64,000 nt of DNA from Bacteroidales bacterium. Lineage in GTDB: Bacteria; Bacteroidota; Bacteroidia; Bacteroidales; FEN-979. This document shows, in pieces, positions 53,979 to 62,700 of this stretch. Within the stretch, counting starts at the first letter, position 1. Each line of letters opens with the position of its first letter. The stretch is from assembly GCA_017882335.1 (NCBI GenBank), contig JADGPR010000006.1:5419-69418 (forward strand), read 5' to 3'. The position numbers and the translations under genes are program-made. The notes under the pieces are model-generated. The model did not search any database. It was not told where the DNA came from and was given only the letters and a program-made list of their open reading frames with translations.

Positions 53979-55334
53979 ATGAGTAAAACAAGATACGAAC
54001 GTCCGGTGATTAAGAAACTTGAAACCGGAATGCCGAATAAATTCGGGACGAGAACAGAATATGAACCGATGACGCACATCGATGGGGTAGCGGTAAAGGA
54101 CCTGATCAAAGAGTTTGGTTCGCCTCTGTTCGTCATTTCTGAGAAAACCATCCGCGATACGGTGAAAAAAGCCAAAAAAGCTTTTGGAACGCGCTATCCC
54201 AAGGTTCAGTTTGCCTGGTCGTACAAGACTAATTACCTGAATGCAATTTGCAATATTTTCCACCAGGAAGATTCCTGGGCAGAAGTGGTCTCGGGTTTTG
54301 AATACGACAAAGCCATTAACCTGGGAGTGGATGGCCGGAAGATCATCTTTAACGGTCCGGATAAAAGCGAACAGGATCTTACAAAGGCTATAACCAATGA
54401 TTCTCTGATCCACATCGACCACCTCGATGAATTATATTCTATCAGAGAATTAGCCGATAAACTGAAGAAGCGTCCGAGAGTGGCAATCAGGGTGAACATG
54501 GATACGGGTGTATATCCTATGTGGGACCGATTCGGTTTTAACTATGAAAACGGTCAGGCGTGGGATGCCATCAACAAGATCATGCATTCGGAAAAGATGG
54601 AACTGGTCGGACTTCATTGCCACATTGGTACTTTCATGCTTTCGCCATTTGCTTATGGCACTGCGGCATCTAAGCTGTCTGAACTGGCGCTTGCCGTTGA
54701 ACAGAAATTCAAACATGAAATAAAATACATCGACATGGGGGGCGGATTTGCTTCGAAGAATACATTGAAAGGTTCCTATCTTCCGGGAACCGATACCAAT
54801 CCCACCTTTGACGACTTCGCGGAAGCCATTTCCACAGTGCTTCTTAACAGTAATTTCAAAAAAGATAAATTGCCATTGCTCATCCTCGAAACCGGCCGCG
54901 CCCTTGTTGATGAGGCAGGTTATTTGCTTGGGTCAGTGATCTCAAACAAGCGTTCCAGTACCGGCCGCCGCAACACCATAATCGATGTCGGGGTAAATAT
55001 CCTCTTTACATCCTTCTGGTACGATCACAAAATCACCCCGGCACAGCCGTTCACCCATTATTCAGAAGATACCTGCCTATACGGACCGCTCTGCATGAAC
55101 ATCGATGTGATCCGCGAAAGCGCCAACCTGCCGTTGCTCAATATGGGAGACCATATAGTGATCCACAATGTGGGTGCATACAATATGACCCAGTGGATGC
55201 AGTTTATAACTTTGCGGCCCAACGTGGTGCTTATCGACCTGGATGAAAAACCGCATCTGATCCGGATTAAGGAATCACTGGAAAATATGAACAGCATGGA
55301 ACGGGTGCCTTCACATTTAACTTTTGACCGTTGA
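53979..55334 (+). CDS. PLP-dependent decarboxylase, Orn/DAP/Arg (alanine-racemase-fold, group IV) family
   Basis: The PLP lysine in FAWSYKTNY, then HCHIGT, DMGGGF, ETGRALV, and GPLCMNIDV (CxxxD-type), with NVGAYN at the C-terminus. Confidence 0.8.
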   Translation: MSKTRYERPVIKKLETGMPNKFGTRTEYEPMTHIDGVAVKDLIKEFGSPLFVISEKTIRDTVKKAKKAFGTRYPKVQFAWSYKTNYLNAICNIFHQEDSWAEVVSGFEYDKAINLGVDGRKIIFNGPDKSEQDLTKAITNDSLIHIDHLDELYSIRELADKLKKRPRVAIRVNMDTGVYPMWDRFGFNYENGQAWDAINKIMHSEKMELVGLHCHIGTFMLSPFAYGTAASKLSELALAVEQKFKHEIKYIDMGGGFASKNTLKGSYLPGTDTNPTFDDFAEAISTVLLNSNFKKDKLPLLILETGRALVDEAGYLLGSVISNKRSSTGRRNTIIDVGVNILFTSFWYDHKITPAQPFTHYSEDTCLYGPLCMNIDVIRESANLPLLNMGDHIVIHNVGAYNMTQWMQFITLRPNVVLIDLDEKPHLIRIKESLENMNSMERVPSHLTFDR

Positions 55335-57541
55335 GTTTTAAAAAAACAACATATCTCTTTCCCTCCTTCCTTTCCAGTGTAGTGAATAGCTATACACAGA
55401 TTTTCTTTTCGAACAGCAAGATTTTCGCATTGATCCTGATGGTGGTATCGTTTTTCGACTTCTGGGCAGGTTTGAGTGGATTTATTGCAATTGTTGTATC
55501 GAATGCAATGGCTTATCTCATCGGGTTCAACCGGATGAACATAAAGAATGGATATTACGGATTCAATAGCTTGCTGGTAGGATTGGCACTTGGAGTTTAC
55601 TATCAACCCGGACCGGAATTTTTCATTGTGCTCGCATTTTCTTCGATGCTTACCCTTTTTCTAACCTTGATGGTTGAGGGGGTAGTAGGAAAATACGGAT
55701 TGCCCTTCCTGAGCCTTTCGTTTTTACTTGCAACCTGGCTGGTAAGCCTTGCCACCCGGCAATTTACCGCATTGCATGTCAGTGAACGGGGTATTTTCAT
55801 GACCAATGAGATGTTTGCATTGGGTGGGAACCGGATGGTAGAATCTTACAACTGGCTGGCAAATTTGAGGATCTATGGATCTGTCCGGCTTTATTTCACT
55901 TCGCTGGGCGCCATTTTTTTTCAATATCATCTCTTTGCAGGGATTCTTGTTGCGATAGGGCTTCTCATCTATTCACGAATTGCATTTATCCTGTCCCTGG
56001 TAGGTTTCTTTTCAGCCTATGCCTATTATATCTTTATCGGGGCCGACATTCAGGAACTCACATCCAGCTTCATCGGCTTTAATTTTATCCTCACTTCGAT
56101 TGCCATTGGCGGGTTTTTCATCATCCCTTCACGATGGTCGTTTTTATGGGTGATCCTTCTTACACCCCTTATTTCAATCATTCTCACGAGCACCAATGTG
56201 ATATTTTCAATTTTCCAGCTATCGGTTTATTCATTGCCTTTCAACATTGTAGTGCTGATTTTTCTTTATTCCCTGAAGTTCCGTGAACGGTTTTATGATA
56301 AACCCCAATTGGTGGCTTACCAGCAATTTTCTCCTGAGAAAAACCTTTATTCACATGTGAACTACAAAACCCGTTTTGGTAAATCACTCATTTTCCCCTT
56401 TGTCTTACCTTTCTGGGGTGAATGGAAAGTGACCCAGGGCCATAATGGGAAGTTCACGCACCAAGGCGACTGGCGTCATGCGTGGGATTTTGAAGTGACA
56501 GATGAGGAGGGGCTTACCTATTCCGGAGATGGAAACAACTGTGAGAATTATTATGCCTACAACAAACCGGTAATTGCACCTGCAGATGGCCATGTGGAAG
56601 AGATTGTTGATGAAGTGGAGGAAAATGAAATCGGCAAGGTAGACCTGGAACATAATTGGGGAAACACCATTATCCTTCGCCATACAGACCAACTCTATTC
56701 AAAGTTGTCGCATCTGAAAAAAAAGAGCTTTAAAGTGGCAGTGGGAGATACTGTGAAGAAAGGACAGGTTCTTGCCAACTGCGGGAATTCTGGCCGTTCG
56801 CCGGTGCCACACGTTCATTTTCAAATCCAGGGAACACCCTATATTGGATCCAAAACGCTTGATTATCCCATCAACCATTATATTCTTCATAAAGCAGGAA
56901 TTTTCGAATTGAAATCTTACATTTCTCCTGAAAACAATGCACTGGTTTCGAATATCAGTAAAAATAGTTCTCTTGAAAAGGCATTTCATTTTATCCCGGG
57001 ACAAAAATTCAAGCTCAATGTAACCCAACCGGGGGAGAAGGATTACCAGGTAGATTGGGAGGTTCAGATTGACGCAGTGAACAATATGTTTATTTTTTGC
57101 GAAAAGAGCAAATCACGTGCTTATTTCCGTAACGATGACGATATTCATTACTTCACCAATTTTGAGGGGAACAAGTCATCGCTTCTCTTTAAATTTTTCC
57201 TGGGTGCCTACAAAATCATGCTGGGTTATTACAACAACCTGCTGGTAAAAGACCAGTTCCCGGTAAACATGTTTAATAACTGGATAGTTAACCTGGGGCA
57301 GGATTTTATTGCGCCATTCTGGATTTTTTCACATTCGGAATACAGTCTCAAATACCTGGGCATGGATGATGCACTGATGCAGACCAAATTCCGTTTACGG
57401 TCGATGGTATGTGCAAAGGTCGGGAACCGTGAAATAAAAAAAATGGAGTGTGAATTGTTTATAGGTCCTCACGGACTCGAACTGTTTGTCATCAACGAAA
57501 ATGAAAAAATAACAACAGTTAACCTGGTGAGTGGCCGATGA
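55331..57541 (+). CDS. fusion protein: urea-transporter (UT)-like 10-TM domain + M23 metallopeptidase domain + uncharacterised C-terminal domain
   Basis: The N-terminal ~320 aa have UT-family hallmarks (VVNSYTQIFFSNS..., GYYGFNSLLVGLALG, a second half with FIGFNFILTSIAIGG). The M23 core spans aa ~350-505 (HQGDWRHAWDFEV ... NCGNSGRSPVPHVHFQI). About 230 aa of unassigned sequence follow. The TTG start overlaps the upstream stop (GTTGA). Confidence 0.7.
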   Translation: MSFKKTTYLFPSFLSSVVNSYTQIFFSNSKIFALILMVVSFFDFWAGLSGFIAIVVSNAMAYLIGFNRMNIKNGYYGFNSLLVGLALGVYYQPGPEFFIVLAFSSMLTLFLTLMVEGVVGKYGLPFLSLSFLLATWLVSLATRQFTALHVSERGIFMTNEMFALGGNRMVESYNWLANLRIYGSVRLYFTSLGAIFFQYHLFAGILVAIGLLIYSRIAFILSLVGFFSAYAYYIFIGADIQELTSSFIGFNFILTSIAIGGFFIIPSRWSFLWVILLTPLISIILTSTNVIFSIFQLSVYSLPFNIVVLIFLYSLKFRERFYDKPQLVAYQQFSPEKNLYSHVNYKTRFGKSLIFPFVLPFWGEWKVTQGHNGKFTHQGDWRHAWDFEVTDEEGLTYSGDGNNCENYYAYNKPVIAPADGHVEEIVDEVEENEIGKVDLEHNWGNTIILRHTDQLYSKLSHLKKKSFKVAVGDTVKKGQVLANCGNSGRSPVPHVHFQIQGTPYIGSKTLDYPINHYILHKAGIFELKSYISPENNALVSNISKNSSLEKAFHFIPGQKFKLNVTQPGEKDYQVDWEVQIDAVNNMFIFCEKSKSRAYFRNDDDIHYFTNFEGNKSSLLFKFFLGAYKIMLGYYNNLLVKDQFPVNMFNNWIVNLGQDFIAPFWIFSHSEYSLKYLGMDDALMQTKFRLRSMVCAKVGNREIKKMECELFIGPHGLELFVINENEKITTVNLVSGR

Positions 57542-59031
57542 AAAGCTGTTTTGTTCTTTTTTTGGTTTTTTTTCTATTGTTGATTTTATCGTCAAAGGCA
57601 GGAACAAAACTCGATTTCAAAACAGTAGATATGCTTACATACCGTTTTTTTGAAGAAAAGAAATGGGACAGCGTGATAGTGGTCGGCAAGCAAGCCTTGC
57701 ACCAGGATATCGATTATTACTACCTGCGGGTAAGGCTGGGCATTGCTTACTTTGAAAAGCAGGAATACATTCCGGCAACAGTGCATCTGAGGAAAGCAAG
57801 ACAGTTTAATTCAGGAGATCCGATGGTTTCAGATTATCTATACCGGGCATATGTTTATACGAACCGGAATGAAGAGGCGCATATCCTTAAGGAAACCTTC
57901 CCTGTGGAGGACAGGGAAACAACCGGTTCAAAAAGCGGTTTTTTGGAACTGGTGCATTTTGAAAGCGGTTATACACTCAGCAGTGACAATGCCCCGAAAA
58001 ATCTTTCCACGCTCATGGGTCACGATAGCATTTATGGAGAACAGGATCTTTATGGCAATAACTTTTATACTGATCTCAATGTTAAGGTGAAGATTTCAAA
58101 CCGGGTAAGTATTTCGATGACGTATAACTACCTCAATTTCACTAAGACGAAATACATTCAATTTGGCAAAAGGGAGGATAATTTGAATAGTATAACCGAT
58201 ACCATCTTTGGTAAAAATTATAATTATACATTTCCCTGGGTTATTTATGATACCAGTTTCAGGTACCATATCAGTCAGAACGAAGTACATATTGGCGCAA
58301 CAATAACCCTTCCGGATGGATTTAAGATCATGCCGGCCATCCATTGGGTACATGTCAGCTACCCCATGATCAACTCAAGATTCCATATGGATTCCATCCA
58401 GGATACGGCATTTTATACTAGCATTGACAATGTATATCATACATTCCCTTTTGCACGTGCAAGTTATTCATATGAACAGAAAGATACCGCGTTCAACAAT
58501 TGGGTGGCTTCACTCACGATAACCAAAGATCTTGGCATTTTCAATATTGGTCTATCCGGAAGCTGGTCGAACCTGAATAACAAAAAACAGATCCAGGCTG
58601 GGCTTATACTGACCTATTACCCGCTTGGGAACCTCAATTTTTACGGAACCAACACCGTCACCGGATTTTTCCAGGGGAAAGATACTAGGCTGCTGTTAAG
58701 CCAGGTTATAGGGGCAAAAGTCGCACCCTGGTTATGGCTCGAAGGAAACTTTTATTACGGGGATTATACCAATGGCAACATTTTCAATAGTTCAATCATA
58801 TATAACAACAGCGACATCATTGATTACCGTGCTGGCGTCAACCTGGTCTTTGTTATAAATAAACACATTCAACTGTCACTCATTTACCAGTATTTCCGTA
58901 AGGAAAACCAGCAATTGTACTACGTTAAAACCATTAATCCAGACACACACCTTCCCATTGAAACACTAAAAACAGAGAATAATCCATATAACACTAATAC
59001 TTTAATAGGAGGAATCACATGGAAACTGTAA
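57538..59031 (+). CDS. outer-membrane protein: N-terminal TPR-like segment + beta-barrel
   Basis: Signal peptide (FVLFLVFFLLLILSSKA). About 110 aa of TPR-like helices (..DYYYLRVRLGIAYFEKQEYIPA..) precede ~380 aa of alternating beta-strand sequence ending ..GGITWKL. ATGA overlap with the upstream gene. Confidence 0.55.
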   Translation: MKSCFVLFLVFFLLLILSSKAGTKLDFKTVDMLTYRFFEEKKWDSVIVVGKQALHQDIDYYYLRVRLGIAYFEKQEYIPATVHLRKARQFNSGDPMVSDYLYRAYVYTNRNEEAHILKETFPVEDRETTGSKSGFLELVHFESGYTLSSDNAPKNLSTLMGHDSIYGEQDLYGNNFYTDLNVKVKISNRVSISMTYNYLNFTKTKYIQFGKREDNLNSITDTIFGKNYNYTFPWVIYDTSFRYHISQNEVHIGATITLPDGFKIMPAIHWVHVSYPMINSRFHMDSIQDTAFYTSIDNVYHTFPFARASYSYEQKDTAFNNWVASLTITKDLGIFNIGLSGSWSNLNNKKQIQAGLILTYYPLGNLNFYGTNTVTGFFQGKDTRLLLSQVIGAKVAPWLWLEGNFYYGDYTNGNIFNSSIIYNNSDIIDYRAGVNLVFVINKHIQLSLIYQYFRKENQQLYYVKTINPDTHLPIETLKTENNPYNTNTLIGGITWKL

Positions 59032-59681
59032 TAATTAAAAATTACGAATTACGAATTACGAAGGTTTCGCTACTTCGCTATTTCGCTACTTCACTATTTC
59101 TCTTCATCACCCTCGGCCTCTTCTCCCAAAACTATACAGTGATGCATGAGGCATTCGGAAAAAGTTATGAGTTTGAATCGAAGGGAAATTATTCGGAAGC
59201 AATTTCCGTTTTAAAGAAGGTATACCAGGAAGATTCATACGAAATCAACCTGCGCCTGGGATGGGTGACCTACCTTGCTGGTCAGTTTACCGAATCGTCG
59301 GCTTATTATCAGGAAACTATGAAGCTGAAACCCTATTCCATTGAGGCAAAATTCGGGTTTGTCTATCCGGCTTCCGCCTTGGGAAACTGGGACCAGGTCA
59401 TAACCCAGTACAATGAAATTCTGGCAATTGACCCGCAGAATACACTTGCCAATTATCGCATGGGATCAATTTATTACGGGAGAAAGGATTATGCAAAAGC
59501 GGAAAAATACCTGGAAAAGGTGGTAAACCTCTATCCGTTTGATTATGATAGCCTGGTTCTCTATGCCTGGACAAACCTAAAACTGGGGAAAATGCGGGAA
59601 GCGCAGGTGCTCTTCAACAAAGTGCTGCTGAACAGGCCAAAGGATTCCTCTGCGCTTGAAGGGCTTTCTCTTATTAAATAA
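59019..59681 (+). CDS. tetratricopeptide-repeat protein (start uncertain: 59019 or 59142)
   Basis: TPR units (..GNYSEAISVLKKVY.., ..FTESSAYYQETMKLKP.., ..NWDQVITQYNEILAIDPQN.., ..DYAKAEKYLEKVVNLYP..). The first ~30 codons, including the putative signal peptide, are encoded by simple tandem repeats. Confidence 0.65.
   Translation: METVIIKNYELRITKVSLLRYFATSLFLFITLGLFSQNYTVMHEAFGKSYEFESKGNYSEAISVLKKVYQEDSYEINLRLGWVTYLAGQFTESSAYYQETMKLKPYSIEAKFGFVYPASALGNWDQVITQYNEILAIDPQNTLANYRMGSIYYGRKDYAKAEKYLEKVVNLYPFDYDSLVLYAWTNLKLGKMREAQVLFNKVLLNRPKDSSALEGLSLIK
59040..59105. repeat. (AATTACG)3 followed by five TTCGCTAC-type octamers
   Basis: aattacg aattacg aattacg aaggt ttcgctac ttcgctat ttcgctac ttcactat ttctcttc. 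It overlaps the annotated 5' end of the TPR gene. Confidence 0.85.
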
Positions 59682-59717
59682 GGGATTTCACCATTTTAGA
59701 TCTTGTCATTCTGCCAT

Positions 59718-62700
59718 CTAATCCTTTAAGCATCGGACACTGAATGCATTCGCCCTGCTTGCAGGATAAAGCGCTACACTGGGATCATAATCATTCATCA
59801 CATGCGCCCAGGATTTGGTGGAAGTATATGCCGTTGAAGACCAAAAGAAGGTGGCGAAACCGTCATAGCTCCAGGAGATGTTGAACAACCTGGTACCTGC
59901 TAATAATGCATTGTACCCGGAATATCCGGAATATTTCAAAGGGCTTCCTGCAAAGCCATTGTTTGTCCAGTTGACAAATAATATATTCCAGTCATTTTCT
60001 GTCGGCACATGCCATCCCGGGGGGCACAATCCCTGGTTCGACACAGAAAAATCGTACTGCATCAATTCATCCCATTGATAGAACACGGATCCGGTGGTGC
60101 AGCGCACAGGGATATCGTTGTAACAGTACTTTTCAACTATGCAATTGTCCCTTTGAGTTGATGATCCTGCTATCTGTGACCCATAGTTCAGGTTGGCAGC
60201 CATCCAGCACTGGGTGCCGATCTGAACGGTAGGATAAACCTTGTTGTCCCTGATATCGGTGATCGGGCTTCCACAATTGACAATTGAAAATGGATAATTG
60301 ATAATATTGGCATGGGCAAGGGTGCTGCAGAGTGCTGCATTGGTGTAGGTATACGTGATTGAGTGTGTGCCTATGCCTGCGAGTGATGGGGTAAAAACGC
60401 CGGTTAAGGAATTGACTCCTGGTCCCGAGTAGGTTCCCCCCAATGGAATTCCACCTTTGAGCATAAAGGGTTTGGCATTGATGGTTGTAACCGTATCAAA
60501 ACAAGGGTTAAAAGTAACAATAGGATTACTGTTAACCGACATGGTGATTGCATTGCTGGTGGCAGGATTACCACTGGTACAGGTGAGGTTGGAAGTCAGC
60601 AAACAGGAGATCAAATCGTTATTTGATGGATTATAAGTGTATGCCGGGTTATTGGTACCAACATTGATCCCGTTGACTTTCCATTGATAGGATGGAGAGC
60701 TGCCACCATTTGCAGGTATTGCAGTGAAAGTAACTGCGATACCCGCACAAACCGGGTTATCCGATGCAGCAAGTGAAACACTGACCGGCAGGTTGGGATT
60801 GACAATCATCTGAAGCTGGATGCTGGATGCTGGATTGCTGGATGTACAAGATTCTGACGAAGTAAGTACACAGGATACCAGGTCCCCGTTTGCCGGAATA
60901 TAGGTGAAGTTTGGAATATTGGTTCCGACATTTATTGAGTTAACCTGCCATTGGTATGCAGGCAATATTCCTCCGTTTACAGGATTTGCAGTGAATGAAA
61001 CAGAAGTTCCGGAACAAACCGGATTTGCATCAGCAGATATGGAAATGGTGACAGGCAGATTGGGGTTAATTGTCATTACCACTATATTGCTTGTTGCCGG
61101 GTTACCGGAAGTACAAGTCAGGTCAGAAGTCAGAACACAGGAAACCGCGTCATTATTGGATGGCGCGTACGTGAATGCAGGTGAATCTGGGCCGATATTG
61201 ATACCATTCACTTTCCACTGGCAGGTTGGTAAAGCCCCTCCATTGACCGGTGCTGCTGTAAATGTCACTGGTGTGCCGGCACAAACGGGATTGGCTGATT
61301 CTGCAACTGAAACACTGACCGGCAAATTAGGATTGACGGTCATTATCACGGTTGTGCTTGTGGCAGGATTCCCTGTTGTACATGATAAGTCAGAAGAGAT
61401 CATACAGGAAACAGCATCATTATTGGATGGTGTGTATGTAAACAATGGTGAATTTGATCCTTGATTAACTCCATTGACTTTCCATTGGTAAGTTGGTAGA
61501 GTCCCTCCGTTAACAGGTGTCGCAGTAATTGTAATAGGAGAGCCGGCACATACCGGGTTTGCATCGGGTGAAATTGTCACACTAACCGGCAGATTTACAT
61601 TGACCGTCATGTTGACCTGGTTGGAGGTTGCGGGATTATTGGCGATGCAAAGCGTTTCGGAAGAATTAAGTATACAGATGACTTGATCATTTTCGGCCGG
61701 AGTGAAAGTATATATGGGGTTGTTTGTGCCGACATTGATGCCATTTACCTGCCATTGGTAAGTTGGAGAGGTTCCTTCATTTTGTGGGGTCGCCGTAAAT
61801 GTAACAGTTGATCCTGAACAGACCGGATTGGCCGAAGGAGATATCGATATATTGACAATATTAACCGGGTTAACAATCATTATAATGGCATTGGATAATG
61901 CTGGATTATTGGAGATGCATGTGATATTGGATGAAGTTAAAACACAAGCGACAATATCTCCGTTCAGCGGAACATAGGTATAAACAGGAAAATCGGAACC
62001 GGCATTGAGTCCATTCACCTTCCATTGGTAAGAAGGATTTATCCCGCCATTGGTCGGTGTGGCTGTGAAAGTTACCATAGTTCCTACGCAAATGTTATTG
62101 GAAGAAGAAACAATGGATATATTTACAGTACTAATTGGAATTACCGTTACAATATATGCTACTGTATTTCCAACACAACTCCCCAATACTGGCGTAATAA
62201 AATAGGTTACAGTTTCATTGACTGTATTTGAATTTGTGAGCACCTGGTTGATCGTATTTCCTATACCAGATGAATAACCGGCAACAAAGCCTGAGGAACC
62301 GGTAGCTGTCCACGAAAATGTTGTAATTGGAACATTTGAAGTTAAAATAATATTTGTTGAATTGCCTGAACAGATCGATTTTGCCAGGGGGAAATTCGTG
62401 ACAACTGGAGTTGTAATGGTTAACAACTGGACTGTATCCATAACCTGGCACCCGCTTGTATTTGTGACAGTAACCTTATATATACCAACCAGACCCGTTG
62501 TGAAAGTCTGTGATGTTCCAACTGTTAAACCGGAACCGAGGTCTATCCACAGATAAGTGCAACCCGCACATGCGCCCGCATCGAAGATAACGGTTTGTCC
62601 CTGGCAAACGGTTGTATCCGGTCCAAGGTTTACGGGTGTAACTGAATATAACGACACGTTCACCTCATCGTTTGCTGTGCAGCCGGTTTTTGTAACGGTT

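Noticed and set aside
55058-55606. 182-aa minus-strand ORF spanning the decarboxylase/UT-M23 junction
   Set aside because: It is antisense to two well-supported coupled genes and has no motifs. It would also disrupt the evident operon structure.
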